Shown: one piece after another, positions 38,432 to 50,189 of the stretch | Numbering within the stretch: position 1 is the first letter of the stretch | Layout: every line of letters begins with the position of its first letter | Assembly (NCBI GenBank): GCA_028281535.1 | Contig: JANQJS010000047.1 | Location: forward strand, 1,513-65,512 | DNA: 64,000 nt | DNA from: Sedimentisphaerales bacterium | GTDB lineage: Bacteria > Planctomycetota > Phycisphaerae > Sedimentisphaerales > SM23-30 | Reading direction: 5' to 3' | Program-made: the position numbers and the translations under genes | Notes under the pieces: model-generated | Database searches by the model: none | What the model was told of the DNA's origin: nothing | What the model saw: the letters and a program-made list of their open reading frames with translations, nothing else

Positions 38432-40663
38432 ATGATGCTCAATAGATGTATGATACTAATTTTGATTATTTGCTTGTCTCTGACAGTAATCGCGCCGACC
38501 CAAAGTTTTGGCCAAACTTCAGATGATGTCAGAAAAGCGACTAAGATAAACTGGGATGAATTCATGCATTATACTTTGATTGGTCAGTGGGATCTGGCTC
38601 TAGGATTTGGCCAGACATTGGTTGCTCTTGATCCTGACCCAATCCAAGTATTAAATTTAGCTCAGAGTCCTAGGTATGCAAATAGCTATAAAACCCTAAA
38701 TACGTTAAAAGCAAAAGATGAAATGGCCGTTGTGGCTAACGATATTTTGGCACTGATCGAAAAGGGGCGTTTTATTGAAAGAACTGATATCGATAGAATT
38801 CAGGATGAAGTGGATCGCTTATCAACAACCACCCGCGGGCGAATGCTCGCAATTGACCGTTTAAAAGATTCTGGTGAATGGGCGATTCCAGTGATGATTG
38901 AAACTCTTAGAAGCCAACAAGAGGATGGGAGTAATGATGTCATTTCAAATATTCGTTGGGCATTACCCAAGATTGGAAAGCCAGCGGTTAATCCACTTCT
39001 AATTGTTGTGAGGCATTGTACAGAGTTGAATATTCAACTTATCGCCATGGAAGCATTAGGTAAAATTGGGTACCGATCAGCAGAACCAACCATTCAGGAA
39101 ATTATTGAAAATCAAGAAACTAATCCTGTATTACGTAATGCTGGCATGAAAGCCCTTGAGCAAATTTATGAATTTCAAGAAGTTCCCATGGTATCAGCTG
39201 CGTTTTTGCACGGAATACTAGCAGAAGATTATTTTAATGGGAAATCATCACTTGATTTGCCTGAAAATGAAAATCTTGGAACGATTTGGTTTTGGAATGA
39301 TGAAGAAGGATTAAAATATGAACGTGTGCCGCGTGGAGCTTATGACGAGCTCATGACCATGAGATATTGCGAGTATGCTGTAAAATTAAATCCCAATATG
39401 GGTGATATCGTTTCACTTTGGCTTTCTGCGTTTTTCCGATTGGAAGCTCAAGGTTTCAGTCAACCAGACTATTTTATAGATAATCATGCAAATGCAGAAA
39501 CTTATGCATTGACAGCTGGCCCTGAACATTTACATCGAGTTCTAGCTAGGGCGTTGGATGTTTCAGATGTAAATGATAAATACAAACGAGATGTTGCTCT
39601 CGCAGCTATAAAAGTATTACAAAGAAATTCTGGTCAGCAGTCGCTATTGTATGTTTTAGGTGCATATCAACCTTTGATTGAAGCGTTACGTTACCCTGAT
39701 AGGGAAGTTCGTTACAGTGCGGCTATTGCATTAGCAAGATCCCTTCCAAAAAAGAATTTCGAGCATAGTGAATTAGTCATGCCGCTTTTGGCGGAAACAC
39801 TCACACAAAATGGTAAAAGAAATGTCATTATTGTTGACTCTAATTCGCAAAGCAGAAATGATTTAATTGCTAAATTGTCAGACACTGGTTCTTACGGAGA
39901 AATTGTGTCAGCTGACACTTTCTCAATAGCGAATCAAAAATCAAGAAATTTGACTAGAGTTGACCTGATTCTGTATAAGGAGAACCCTAAGCGTCCGGAT
40001 TTAATTGGAACAGATGTTGATATTATTAAAGATGATTATCGACTGGCATTTTGCCCATTGATTTTAGTCGCTGAACCAGGCCGCCTTTCAGAATTGAATA
40101 AAATTGTTTCTAACAATCCATTCGCTTATATTGGCGTACCTGGTATGTCAGCTCAAAAGATAAGTGCGGTTGAAACAGAAATATTAGCAAAAAATAACGC
40201 TGTTTTGTTTGATCAAAGCATGGCGGATTCATATGCGGAATTAGCTATTGATTCAATTCAATTATTAGCGTTGTCTGGAAATAGGGTACTATCGCCAAGC
40301 CAGATTGAGCCTTCGGTTTTGGTGTCTGCTTATGATAGTCGTAAGAAAATTCAAGATCATACAATTCAAATCTTATCCCGTCTCGACTCGCTAGATTCGC
40401 AGCGTATGTTAGCAAAATTATCTTTAGATACAGATTTGGATTTACTAACAAGGATTGATGCTTTAAAAAGTCTAGCGACATCTGCCAAAGCTCATGGCAA
40501 TCTATTACTTTCAGAGCAAATCAATAGTTTGATTGTTATTGTGACTTCGCAAGATCAAGATGTGTCATTAAGAAATCATGCAGCTGAAGCTTATGGTGCT
40601 TTAAACCTACCTAGTGTAGAAATTAGCCATTTGATTAATGCTCAAACGATTGATGAGCTATAA
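38432..40663 (+). CDS. Exported HEAT-repeat protein with a degenerate receiver-like segment
   Basis: Signal peptide and HEAT motifs (AMEALGKIG, DREVRYSAAIALA, RNHAAEAYGAL). NVIIVDSN...VDLILY resembles a REC fold. Confidence 0.7.
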   Translation: MMLNRCMILILIICLSLTVIAPTQSFGQTSDDVRKATKINWDEFMHYTLIGQWDLALGFGQTLVALDPDPIQVLNLAQSPRYANSYKTLNTLKAKDEMAVVANDILALIEKGRFIERTDIDRIQDEVDRLSTTTRGRMLAIDRLKDSGEWAIPVMIETLRSQQEDGSNDVISNIRWALPKIGKPAVNPLLIVVRHCTELNIQLIAMEALGKIGYRSAEPTIQEIIENQETNPVLRNAGMKALEQIYEFQEVPMVSAAFLHGILAEDYFNGKSSLDLPENENLGTIWFWNDEEGLKYERVPRGAYDELMTMRYCEYAVKLNPNMGDIVSLWLSAFFRLEAQGFSQPDYFIDNHANAETYALTAGPEHLHRVLARALDVSDVNDKYKRDVALAAIKVLQRNSGQQSLLYVLGAYQPLIEALRYPDREVRYSAAIALARSLPKKNFEHSELVMPLLAETLTQNGKRNVIIVDSNSQSRNDLIAKLSDTGSYGEIVSADTFSIANQKSRNLTRVDLILYKENPKRPDLIGTDVDIIKDDYRLAFCPLILVAEPGRLSELNKIVSNNPFAYIGVPGMSAQKISAVETEILAKNNAVLFDQSMADSYAELAIDSIQLLALSGNRVLSPSQIEPSVLVSAYDSRKKIQDHTIQILSRLDSLDSQRMLAKLSLDTDLDLLTRIDALKSLATSAKAHGNLLLSEQINSLIVIVTSQDQDVSLRNHAAEAYGALNLPSVEISHLINAQTIDEL

Positions 40664-40687
40664 TCTTAGCTGATTTTCTTGTAAGGA

Positions 40688-40879
40688 TTAAGCCTGAGGA
40701 GATGGTGTCGCTTCAGTGCTAGCAAGTTCATTCGGTTCATCACGGGTTTCCATTTCCTGTTGGACGTTAAACGCTTTAATGAGTTGAGTTCGTTTTGAAG
40801 CAAGAGATGACAGTAAAATTAATCCCCCGGCGAACGCTGCCATGAATGAAACAATAATAATAAACATTTCCATTTTCAT
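40688..40879 (-). CDS. Small single-pass membrane protein
   Basis: 63 aa with an AAGGA RBS, a hydrophobic N-terminus and a polar tail. Fills the gap downstream of rsmB. Confidence 0.55.
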   Translation of the reverse strand: MKMEMFIIIVSFMAAFAGGLILLSSLASKRTQLIKAFNVQQEMETRDEPNELASTEATPSPQA

Positions 40880-40985
40880 TTTCCTTTAAAATAAGCAGGG
40901 TGTTGTATTCTGATATTTGTCTATCGGAAATGGATGATAGGGGAAATAAATTTCTATTAAATCTCACTTTATGCGGACCTGGGTT

Positions 40986-42425
40986 TTATTTATAAGAAAG
41001 TAAGGCCGTATAACCGCCGTCAGAGCAAAAGTTATAAGGACCTATGCCTGTCTTGGTCTGAGTTTCAGTGTCCGGTAATATGATATTGGGCATGATTTGA
41101 TGTTGTTGTTCTAATGTTAAATCAGAGTGATTCTCAAGGAATGTTTCAATCATTTTCGAATTTTCTATCGATTCAATACTACAAGTACTATACAAGATTT
41201 TCCCTTCAGGCTTGAGAAGGTGCAACGAATTTTCTAATAATTCACGTTGTGTTCTCGTGACTTCTTTAATGTGATTTGGTTTTAGTCGATGCCTCAATTC
41301 TACTCGTTTGGATAGGACGCCAGTATTACTGCATGGAGCATCGATCAATATCCTATCAAACAGATTGCTTGAATCATAATAATCGCTTAATTGATCTAGA
41401 TGGCATGTCTTAACAATTTCAATCCCTAATCGATGGCAATTATCATTAATTCGATTTAGCCGTTTGTGATTTATATCACAGGCTATAATTTCACCTTGAT
41501 TATTCATTAATTCTGCCAGATGTGTCGTTTTTCCGCCAGGTGCAGCACATAAATCTAATACCCGTAAACCTCTTTGGGCATTTAAAATTGGGGCGACTGC
41601 TTGAGCCGCTATATCTTGAATGGTGAAATAACCTTCATTAAACCCTGGTAATGATTCAGGCGAGATCGAACTATATATTTGAATCGTTTGATTAAAGCAT
41701 TTGTAATCAATATTGATTTCATCAAACAATAGGGACAATTTTTCTGGAGTGCATTTTAGGGTATTAACACGACAGGTTAATGGTGGCCTAGCGTTATTAG
41801 CTTTACATAAATTAATAACGTTTTCTGGGGAAAACGACTTTAGCCATCGTTCAATGAGCCAAATCGGATGAGAATAGGACAGATGGATGTATTTAGCGAG
41901 TTGTTTTTTGGGATCAGCAAAAACAGCTTCTTTAAAAATAATACATTTATTATTATTTGTATAGAGGCTATTTCGACTCATCGGTGATTCCGCTTGCGTA
42001 ACAACTTGTTCTATGTTTCGTTGGATTGCTCTCAATATTGCGTTAACAAAACCATCTGTTCCTTTGAGTTTTACGCATTTTGCTTGGTTGACGGCTTCAT
42101 CTATTGCTGCAAAATCTGGAATAGATTCGAGGAATAGCATTTGATATAAGCCGACCCTGAGTATATTCAATATGTTTTGATTGATTTTACGAAGTGGGCG
42201 ATTGCATTTCTGAGAAATCAAATGATCTAAAGTAATAATCTGCCTGCAGGTGCCATACGCTAGTTCTGTAGCCAGCCCTTTATCTTTTGAAATGATCGTT
42301 GATCGGTTTAAAAGCTCAGAGAGGATATCTTGTATATAATTCCCTGTTTTTTGGTTGGTGATGAGACAATTGACCGCAATATTTCTGGCATTGCTATTGT
42401 CAAGATCGTTTCCTTTCATTGACAT
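40986..42425 (-). CDS. rsmB: 16S rRNA m5C967 methyltransferase
   Basis: NusB-like N-terminus, DLCAAPGGKT, DAPCS and YSTCS. Follows fmt. Confidence 0.92.
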   Translation of the reverse strand: MSMKGNDLDNSNARNIAVNCLITNQKTGNYIQDILSELLNRSTIISKDKGLATELAYGTCRQIITLDHLISQKCNRPLRKINQNILNILRVGLYQMLFLESIPDFAAIDEAVNQAKCVKLKGTDGFVNAILRAIQRNIEQVVTQAESPMSRNSLYTNNNKCIIFKEAVFADPKKQLAKYIHLSYSHPIWLIERWLKSFSPENVINLCKANNARPPLTCRVNTLKCTPEKLSLLFDEINIDYKCFNQTIQIYSSISPESLPGFNEGYFTIQDIAAQAVAPILNAQRGLRVLDLCAAPGGKTTHLAELMNNQGEIIACDINHKRLNRINDNCHRLGIEIVKTCHLDQLSDYYDSSNLFDRILIDAPCSNTGVLSKRVELRHRLKPNHIKEVTRTQRELLENSLHLLKPEGKILYSTCSIESIENSKMIETFLENHSDLTLEQQHQIMPNIILPDTETQTKTGIGPYNFCSDGGYTALLSYK

Positions 42426-42431
42426 AAAGAT

Positions 42432-43388
42432 CTAACCATCCAAAAATGAATTATCTTGTGTGAGGTGCCAACCATTCATCAAATCTTCAAAATTCATTAA
42501 TTTACCGTTATCGGGTTTAACTTCAAGAAGTTTGATCGCACCATCTTTACAGGCTACGCTCATATTTGGATAAAATGATCCTGGTTGGATGGGGGTTTGA
42601 TCTGAAATGATTTCCGACATATCAACGATTTCGGCCCTGGAGATCATAAGGCGCTTTTTCTTGTTACCGTGCATGATGTAACAGTAAGCACCAGGCCAGG
42701 ACCACATGCCTAAAATATGGCGATGAACTTCTTCTGCTGGTAGAGACCAATTGATCGCACCATCAGATTTTTTAAGTTTAGGTGCCCGTGTTGCTTGTTC
42801 GTCATTTTGCTTTTCTGGCAGATCACCTGATTGTATTCGCTGGAGTACTTTTTTTATAAGTTCTGGGCCAAAACTGGAAAGGCGATCATGTAATTCATGT
42901 GCGGTTTCATTTGGTAAAATTTCTGATTCATATTTTCCCCAAATGGCGCCAGCGTCCCATATCTCATTTAATTCGATAACGGTAATACCTGTTACTTTGT
43001 CACCATTTAGAATCGCCCAGTTGATTGGAGCAGCTCCTCGGTATTTGGGTAATAATGATGAATGTAAATTGATCGTTTTGCAGTTTGGGGTGGATAGGAT
43101 TTCTGGACCAATTTTTTGCCCAAAAGCGATTACGAGAATAATCTCAGGCTTAAAATTGTGAATCATATTAATGTAATCGGGCGTGTTTATATTATCTGTT
43201 TCCTGGCAATTCAATCCTAAATTATTCGAAAGCTTGGCAATAGGGGTTTGAATAATTTTTCTGCCACGGCCAGCAGGTCGTGCCGGTTGAGTTACAACCA
43301 GTGGGATCTCATGTCCCGATTTAACGAGGCTCTCAAGAGTTTCACAGCCAAATGCACCACTGCCCAGAAATATTATTCTCATGTTCAA
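42432..43388 (-). CDS. fmt: Methionyl-tRNA formyltransferase
   Basis: VVTQPARPAGRG, NLHSSLLPKYRGAAPINWAI, DAG and APKLKKSDG. Confidence 0.95.
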   Translation of the reverse strand: MNMRIIFLGSGAFGCETLESLVKSGHEIPLVVTQPARPAGRGRKIIQTPIAKLSNNLGLNCQETDNINTPDYINMIHNFKPEIILVIAFGQKIGPEILSTPNCKTINLHSSLLPKYRGAAPINWAILNGDKVTGITVIELNEIWDAGAIWGKYESEILPNETAHELHDRLSSFGPELIKKVLQRIQSGDLPEKQNDEQATRAPKLKKSDGAINWSLPAEEVHRHILGMWSWPGAYCYIMHGNKKKRLMISRAEIVDMSEIISDQTPIQPGSFYPNMSVACKDGAIKLLEVKPDNGKLMNFEDLMNGWHLTQDNSFLDG

Positions 43389-43415
43389 TCAGCTTGATGT
43401 TAAGAAGTTAAGGGA

Positions 43416-44900
43416 TTAAGGCAATAATGATGATCCCATGAGGTAGCGATCGCATTCTCTGGCAGCCTCTCGTCCTTCATTGATGGCCCAAACGATGAGT
43501 GACTGACCTCTTCGGCAATCGCCAGCAGCAAAAACGCCATCAATACCTGTCGTGTATTTATGGTATTCCGCTTTAAAGTTAGAGCGATCATCTAGTTCCA
43601 GGTTGAGATCTTTAGCGATCATTGCTTCAGGGCCTAAGAAACCCATAGCTAATAGAACCAGGTCCGCTTTATAAATTTTATCCGTGCCAGGAATCTCTTT
43701 AGGACTGAATCGGCCATTTTCATCTTTAACCCATTCAATTTTGACGGTGTGTAATTCTTTGATATTTCCTTTTCCATCATCGACAAATTCTTTGGTCATC
43801 ATGCAGTATCGTCGAGGATCTTGGCCAAAGTATTCGGCGGCTTCTTCCTGGCCATAATCCATCATGTAGACTTTGGGCCATTGTGGCCATGGGTTATCGT
43901 CAGCTCGCTCTTGGGGAGGTTGTGGCATGATTTCAAACTGAGTCACATTTTTGCATCCATGACGCATAGATGTACCAACGCAGTCAGTGCCTGTGTCGCC
44001 ACCACCAATAACAATAACTTCTTTGTCCTTAGCGCTGATGTAATTACCATCTTCAAGATTTGAATCCATCAAACTTTTGGTATTTTTCAAAAGAAATTCC
44101 ATAGCGAAATGAATCCCATTCAATTCTCTTCCTTTGGCTGGAAGATCTCTAGGTACGGTAGCGCCGGTTGCCAGAATAACAGCATCAAAATCATTTGTCA
44201 GTTGTTTTGCAGTAATGTCTTTGCCGATTTCGGTATTTGTTTTAAATTCGATTCCTTCTTCAGTCAGAAGATCTACGCGGCGTTGAACAATCGTTTTATC
44301 GAGTTTCATATTGGGAATGCCATACATCAGTAGGCCGCCAATACGATCATCACGCTCGAAAACTGTGACATTGTGGCCAGCCTTGTTGAGCTGAGCCGCT
44401 GCAGCTAGGCCGGCAGGACCAGATCCAACAATTGCCACCTTTTTGCCGGTGCGTTTAATTGGAGGTTGCGCCGTTACCCAACCTTCAGCAAATCCGTGAT
44501 CAATAATTGATACTTCGATGTTTTTGATTGTGACTGCTGGCTCATTAATTCCCAGTACGCAAGACCCTTCACAAGGTGCAGGGCAAACGCGGCCGGTAAA
44601 TTCAGGGAAATTATTAGTTTTGTGAAGTCGATCAAGGGCTTCTTTCCATTGGCCTCGATAAACTAAATCATTCCATTCAGGAATTAGATTATTGATGGGG
44701 CAGCCCGTTGCCATTCCGGCAACCATTTTTCCTGTATGGCAAAATGGGATCCCGCAATCCATACAGCGAGCGCCTTGGTCTTTTAAAAGAGCTTCATCGG
44801 TATGACCGTGAAATTCGTTCCAGTCTTTAATACGATCTTTCGCGCTACGATCTTTAGGAAGTTCTCTTTTGTGTAGTTTAAAACCTGTTGGATTACCCAT
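43416..44900 (-). CDS. gltD: Glutamate synthase small subunit
   Basis: [32 protein letters not shown] and GGGDTG. Overlaps gltB. Confidence 0.97.
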   Translation of the reverse strand: MGNPTGFKLHKRELPKDRSAKDRIKDWNEFHGHTDEALLKDQGARCMDCGIPFCHTGKMVAGMATGCPINNLIPEWNDLVYRGQWKEALDRLHKTNNFPEFTGRVCPAPCEGSCVLGINEPAVTIKNIEVSIIDHGFAEGWVTAQPPIKRTGKKVAIVGSGPAGLAAAAQLNKAGHNVTVFERDDRIGGLLMYGIPNMKLDKTIVQRRVDLLTEEGIEFKTNTEIGKDITAKQLTNDFDAVILATGATVPRDLPAKGRELNGIHFAMEFLLKNTKSLMDSNLEDGNYISAKDKEVIVIGGGDTGTDCVGTSMRHGCKNVTQFEIMPQPPQERADDNPWPQWPKVYMMDYGQEEAAEYFGQDPRRYCMMTKEFVDDGKGNIKELHTVKIEWVKDENGRFSPKEIPGTDKIYKADLVLLAMGFLGPEAMIAKDLNLELDDRSNFKAEYHKYTTGIDGVFAAGDCRRGQSLIVWAINEGREAARECDRYLMGSSLLP

Positions 44901-47900
44901 TACTCACCTCCTGGCCATCATGTACGGGGGTATCATCTTCTTCCGAATGATCCATTCGTTCTGCCAGGACTCGTTTGTAATCGATTGGCATGACTTTGAT
45001 AAAATGTTTCAGCTCAGTATCCCAACTTGACAAGATCGTTTGGGCAACCGTTGAGCCAGTAAACTGTAAATGTTGTTCAATTAAATTGCGAAGCTCCTCA
45101 ATATCCATTGCATCTTCGAGTTCTTCTAATTCAACCGTTGCCGTGTTGCATTTTGGTTTAAATTCGTTTTTGGGATCGTAGATATATGCGATCCCGCCAG
45201 ACATTCCAGCTGCGAAATTGCGACCCGTTGGCCCGAGAATAACTGTTCGGCCACCTGTCATGTATTCGCAACCATGATCGCCAACGCCTTCAACAACCGT
45301 GTTGGCACCTGAATTTCTTACACAAAAACGCTCTGCCGCTATGCCGCGGAAAAAGGCTTGGCCTCCTGTCGCACCATATAAAGCGACGTTACCAATGAGA
45401 ATGTTTTCTTCAGGTGAATAAGTTGCATTTTTCGGTGGATAAATAATGATTCTGCCACCAGACAATCCTTTGCCAACATAGTCATTTGCATCACCTTCTA
45501 ATTCGAATGTGATACCAGATACCATCCAGGCACCTAAGCTTTGTCCCGCAGAACCATTGAATTTGACATAAATCGTGTCATCATTCGGTAAACCATGTTC
45601 TCCCCATTTTTTGGAGACTTCATGACTAAGCGTTGTGCCTGTTGCTCGGTCTGTATTGACAATAGGCATATCAAGTTTAACTTTTTCAGCAGCTTGTATT
45701 GCAGGCTGACATTTTTCAATGAGTTTATTATCGATCACAACATCTAAGCCATGATCCTGCGTTGTTGTGCAATAAACATCCACATTCTCATGAGGCTTTT
45801 TAGCGGGCGTTAAAATCATCGATAAGTCTAAGCCATCAGATTTGAAGTGTTTGATAGCTTTATTGACATCGAGTGCATCGCTGCGACCTACCATTTCATT
45901 GACCGTTCTGAAACCAAGTTCTGCCATGATTTGACGGCATTCTTCAGCTACCATGAAAAAGAAATTCACGACATGTTCAGGGGCGCCAGAGAATTTTTCA
46001 CGCAGTTCTGGGTCTTGGGTTGCGATGCCGACAGGGCATGTGTTTAGATGGCATTTACGCATCATTATGCAACCCATCGTAATCAGAGGAGCCGTTGAAA
46101 AACCAATTTCTTCTGCGCCTAGTAAGAAACCGATGGCAACATCACGGCCTGTTTTCATTTGGCCATCTGTTTGCAAGACAACACGGCTTCGTAGATCATT
46201 TAAGACCAATGTTTGATGGGTTTCTGCGATACCTAATTCCCAAGGAAGTCCCGCATGCTTAATGGAAGTTAATGGAGAAGCTCCCGTTCCACCATCATGT
46301 CCGGAAATCAATATGTGATCAGCGTGTCCTTTAGCTACACCAGAAGCAATGGTGCCTACACCAACTTCTGATACCAGTTTGACACTGACGCGGGCTGAAG
46401 GATTTGAATTTTTTAAATCAAAGATTAATTGCGCCAGATCTTCAATGGAATAAATATCATGGTGAGGTGGAGGGCTAATGAGTCCGACACCAGGGGTTGA
46501 ATATCTGGTTTTTGCAATTATTTCATTTACTTTATGGCCAGGTAATTCGCCACCTTCGCCAGGTTTTGCACCTTGTGAAATTTTAATTTGCAATTCATCT
46601 GCGTTGGTTAAATACCAGCTTGTTACGCCGAAACGGCCTGAGGCAATCTGCTTGATAGCAGATCGTTTTGTATCACCATTGGGCATTGGATTGAAGCGGG
46701 TTGGATCTTCGCCACCTTCGCCGGTATTACTTTTGCCACCTAGTCGATTCATCGCTATAGCAAGTGTTTCGTGTGCTTCTGCGGAAATAGAACCGTAGCT
46801 CATGGCACCTGTGCAAAATCGCTTAACAATTTCTTTGGCAGATTCCACTTCATCCAGAGGTACAGGGCCACTGGCGATTGGTTTGAATTCCATTAGGCCA
46901 CGAAGAGTTAAAGATTCACGAGATTCTTCGTTAACCAAATCTTTATATTGATTGTAAGCTTCGACACTATTCATGCGAGCGGAAGCTTGCAGTGCAGCAA
47001 TACTTTCAGGGTGCCATGCGTGGCGTTCACCTTTGGCACGCCAGTGAAATTGTCCTGAGTTGGGTAATTGTTGTACTTTTTCTGTTTCTGTTCGTTTTGG
47101 GTATCCCAGCTCATGGCGGCGAATAGCTTCCTTGGCCAGTATGTCGAAATTGACGCCTTGGATTCGGCTTGCTGTATTTACAAAACAAAGATCAATGACT
47201 TCGTCGGCAAGACCAATCGCTTCAAATATTTGAGCACCTTTGTAACTTTGTAAAGTCGATATACCCATTTTTGCCATAACTTTGAGCATGCCTTTAGCCA
47301 CGGCGGTTTTGTAGGACTTAACGATTTTTTCATCTGTCCAGGAATCATCTAGCGATCCATCCGCTAAGCATTGCCAGAGGCATTCAAAGGCTGCGTATGG
47401 GTTAATCGCATCCACACCATAGCCGACTAGCATGCAATGTTGATGTACTTCTCTTGCTTCGCCTGTTTCGAGAACGATTCCAATTCGTGTTCGTTTGACT
47501 TGTCGAATTAAATGATGGTGAACACCACCGCTCACTAGAAGTGATGGGATAGGCACTCGATCTGGTCCAATATTCCGATCCGATAGTACGACGATGCTAT
47601 AGCCATCATCGATGGCTTTTTCGGCTTCCTTGCATACACGTTTAATCGCTGTTACCATGCCTTCAGAGCCTTCGTTGATGTCCCAGGTAATGTCGATTGT
47701 TTTGGATTTCCAGCCGCGAGTATCCATATGCTTGATCGCGGCAAGTTCTTCATTACTTAGTATGGGGTGCTGCACCAATAAGCGATGAGCATGTTTTTCA
47801 TCAGGAACCAAGAGGTTGCCTTCTGGGCCAATATAGGCTTCCAGCGACATGATGATTTCTTCGCGAATTGAGTCAATAGCCGGGTTTGTCACCTGGGCGA

Positions 47901-49524
47901 ATAACTGTTTGAAGTAATCATAAATCAATCGAGGTTGATCTGATAAGCACGCAAGTGCGGCGTCGTTACCCATAGAGCCGATAGGGTCTTTCTTGACCTG
48001 GATCATAGGGATCAACATAAATTGAATCGTTTCCGTGGTATAGCCAAAAGCACGCAATCGTTCAACGAGCGTTTCCGGGTAAAACCCATGAGGTTCTTTA
48101 CCAGGTTCTAATTCTTCAAGAAGAATACTTTGGTCGGCTAACCATTTACCATATGGTTGTTTGGTCGAGAAAGTATGTTTCAATTCCTCGTCATCAATGA
48201 TGCGACCTTCTTCGAAATCAACCAGGAACATTTTGCCAGGTTGAAGACGACCTTTGGTTTTTACTTGATCAGGCTCAACATCCAAGACGCCCACTTCACT
48301 GGCCATGATAACACGGTCATCGTGAGTGATGTAATAGCGACTTGGGCGTAAACCATTTCGATCTAATAATGCACCAATATAGTGTCCATCAGTAAATGCA
48401 ATGGAGGCCGGGCCATCCCATGGTTCCATCAAGCATGATTGATATTTGTAAAAATCCCTTTTTTCCTGCGACATCTGTTCATGGTTTTGCCAGGCCTCAG
48501 GGACCATCATCATGACAGCTTCTTGCAGTGTGCGACCTGTCATAAGTAAAAATTCCAGAACGTTATCAAATGTTCCGGAGTCACTGCAATCTTCTGCAAC
48601 GACAGGGAATACTTTGTCAAGATCATCACCAAAAAGATCTGATTCTAAAACACCTTGGCGAGCATGCATCCAGTTCATGTTGCCGCGAAGTGTGTTGATT
48701 TCACCATTATGACTCATGAAACGGCAAGGTTGGGCGCGATCCCAGCTTGGGAATGTGTTGGTGGAAAAACGAGAGTGGACCATAGCTAAATGGCTGACAT
48801 AGTCTTTATCACGTAAATCTGAATAATAAGGCAATACCTGTTCAGCGGTTAATTGTCCTTTGTAAATAATGACTTTGGTCGACATGCTGCAAACATAAAA
48901 CATTTTAGCTTGCGACATATCTTTAGAGCGAAGCCTGTTGGCTGCTTGCTTGTGTGTGATATATAATTTACGGTCAAGCGCATCTTGGTCTAGGTCTGAT
49001 CCCGCTCCAATAAAAACTTGATGGACAGATGGCTCCGCAGCCAATGCGGTAGGGCCAATATCAGCTTTTTTTGAATCGGTAGGGACTTTACGCCATCCAA
49101 TTAATTTGAGGCCAACCTCTTCAATGCATTTGTTAGTTTCTTCGATGCAAATTTTTTGTTGTTGAGGATCAGAAGGCAAAAAGATCATTCCGACGCCATA
49201 TGAGCCTTTTTCTGGAAGGTCTATCTTGTGCTCGTCTTTCATGGCCTTGCTGAAAAACTCGTGCGGAATCGCGGTCATCATGCCAGCGCCATCACCAGTA
49301 TTCGGTTCACAGCCGCAAGCGCCACGGTGGGTCATGCGTTTCAGAATGATGTCTGCGTCCAGGACGATCTGGTGTGAGGTTTTGCCTTTGATATGGGCAA
49401 CAAAGCCCACACCGCAGCTATCCTTCTCGTATAAAGGGTCATACAACCCGCTTGGGGATGGAAATCCTGCCATGGGGGGCTGTTTGTCATCTTGCTTGTT
49501 TTGCCAATGTATCATGCTATTCAA
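44893..49524 (-). CDS. gltB: Glutamate synthase large subunit
   Basis: DSCGVGF (catalytic Cys), [30 protein letters not shown] and GXGXG C-domain. Confidence 0.98.
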   Translation of the reverse strand: MNSMIHWQNKQDDKQPPMAGFPSPSGLYDPLYEKDSCGVGFVAHIKGKTSHQIVLDADIILKRMTHRGACGCEPNTGDGAGMMTAIPHEFFSKAMKDEHKIDLPEKGSYGVGMIFLPSDPQQQKICIEETNKCIEEVGLKLIGWRKVPTDSKKADIGPTALAAEPSVHQVFIGAGSDLDQDALDRKLYITHKQAANRLRSKDMSQAKMFYVCSMSTKVIIYKGQLTAEQVLPYYSDLRDKDYVSHLAMVHSRFSTNTFPSWDRAQPCRFMSHNGEINTLRGNMNWMHARQGVLESDLFGDDLDKVFPVVAEDCSDSGTFDNVLEFLLMTGRTLQEAVMMMVPEAWQNHEQMSQEKRDFYKYQSCLMEPWDGPASIAFTDGHYIGALLDRNGLRPSRYYITHDDRVIMASEVGVLDVEPDQVKTKGRLQPGKMFLVDFEEGRIIDDEELKHTFSTKQPYGKWLADQSILLEELEPGKEPHGFYPETLVERLRAFGYTTETIQFMLIPMIQVKKDPIGSMGNDAALACLSDQPRLIYDYFKQLFAQVTNPAIDSIREEIIMSLEAYIGPEGNLLVPDEKHAHRLLVQHPILSNEELAAIKHMDTRGWKSKTIDITWDINEGSEGMVTAIKRVCKEAEKAIDDGYSIVVLSDRNIGPDRVPIPSLLVSGGVHHHLIRQVKRTRIGIVLETGEAREVHQHCMLVGYGVDAINPYAAFECLWQCLADGSLDDSWTDEKIVKSYKTAVAKGMLKVMAKMGISTLQSYKGAQIFEAIGLADEVIDLCFVNTASRIQGVNFDILAKEAIRRHELGYPKRTETEKVQQLPNSGQFHWRAKGERHAWHPESIAALQASARMNSVEAYNQYKDLVNEESRESLTLRGLMEFKPIASGPVPLDEVESAKEIVKRFCTGAMSYGSISAEAHETLAIAMNRLGGKSNTGEGGEDPTRFNPMPNGDTKRSAIKQIASGRFGVTSWYLTNADELQIKISQGAKPGEGGELPGHKVNEIIAKTRYSTPGVGLISPPPHHDIYSIEDLAQLIFDLKNSNPSARVSVKLVSEVGVGTIASGVAKGHADHILISGHDGGTGASPLTSIKHAGLPWELGIAETHQTLVLNDLRSRVVLQTDGQMKTGRDVAIGFLLGAEEIGFSTAPLITMGCIMMRKCHLNTCPVGIATQDPELREKFSGAPEHVVNFFFMVAEECRQIMAELGFRTVNEMVGRSDALDVNKAIKHFKSDGLDLSMILTPAKKPHENVDVYCTTTQDHGLDVVIDNKLIEKCQPAIQAAEKVKLDMPIVNTDRATGTTLSHEVSKKWGEHGLPNDDTIYVKFNGSAGQSLGAWMVSGITFELEGDANDYVGKGLSGGRIIIYPPKNATYSPEENILIGNVALYGATGGQAFFRGIAAERFCVRNSGANTVVEGVGDHGCEYMTGGRTVILGPTGRNFAAGMSGGIAYIYDPKNEFKPKCNTATVELEELEDAMDIEELRNLIEQHLQFTGSTVAQTILSSWDTELKHFIKVMPIDYKRVLAERMDHSEEDDTPVHDGQEVSNG

Positions 49525-49600
49525 TTCATTAATACGGGGTTAAGTAAACATAAATAAAGCGTCGTAAGTCTTTATTTTACCGTTCAATATATTCACAAAC

Positions 49601-49634
49601 ACATAAATATAATGGATTTATGTATCGATGTCAA
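49601..49634 (-). promoter_or_regulatory. Sigma70 promoter of gltBD with overlapping palindromic operator
   Basis: Minus strand TTGACA(49634-49629)-N17-TATATT(49611-49606). Palindrome ACATAAAT-N7-ATTTATGT at 49601-49623. Confidence 0.7.
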
Positions 49635-49728
49635 GGGGCTAATCCCTGGTGGGAAGATCGCAATAAGCAACCTATCTTAACACGAGATGCTGGCTAAATC
49701 CAAGGTGTTTTAAGGTGAAATATTTGGT

Positions 49729-50073
49729 TCAACTAAATAAAACAATTGCAAGAAAGCCTATGGTATAGGCCATTGTGATAAACCAAAAAATGGCTCGAAA
49801 AGGCTGTTTTTGAGTTTTATGTCGATAAATATATTGGCCAAGAAGGCTCCCTGGTATACCACCAGCTATTGCGAAGGCAAGCAATTTTTTTTCAGGGATT
49901 CGATGTTGGCTATTACTAGTCGCTTTGTATTTATCCCAACCATAGTAAACGAATGCAATAAAATTAACACAGATAAGATAGGCGTAAACATACCAACCTT
50001 TATTCACCATGAAATAAGATAAGCAAATAGTGAATATCATCAAAATGATAGGTAATACGAAAAATCGAATCAT
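49729..50073 (-). CDS. DUF1294-family small membrane protein
   Basis: YGWDKYKA...RIPEKKL...GG..G....RHKTQK..F. The start is moved to ATG 50073 because the longer ORF runs through the glnA terminator. Confidence 0.85.
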   Translation of the reverse strand: MIRFFVLPIILMIFTICLSYFMVNKGWYVYAYLICVNFIAFVYYGWDKYKATSNSQHRIPEKKLLAFAIAGGIPGSLLGQYIYRHKTQKQPFRAIFWFITMAYTIGFLAIVLFS

Positions 50074-50095
50074 TGTTAAATCTTTATTTGAAAAT

Positions 50096-50140
50096 AAAAA
50101 AAGAGCGGAGCTGGCATCACTGCCAAGCTCACGCTCTTTT
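50096..50140 (-). terminator. Intrinsic terminator after glnA
   Basis: GC-rich stem AAGAGCG-GAGCT-GGCA...TGCC-AGCTC-CGCTCTT followed by a U-tract on the minus strand. Confidence 0.85.
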
Positions 50141-50189
50141 ATGTTTAATTTAAATCGAGCATGTCGACTTAAGTTGCTAACTAAAATGA

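Noticed and set aside
49582..49598. Possible Rex box (TTCACAA half-site) upstream of gltB
   Set aside because: The other half-site matches poorly.
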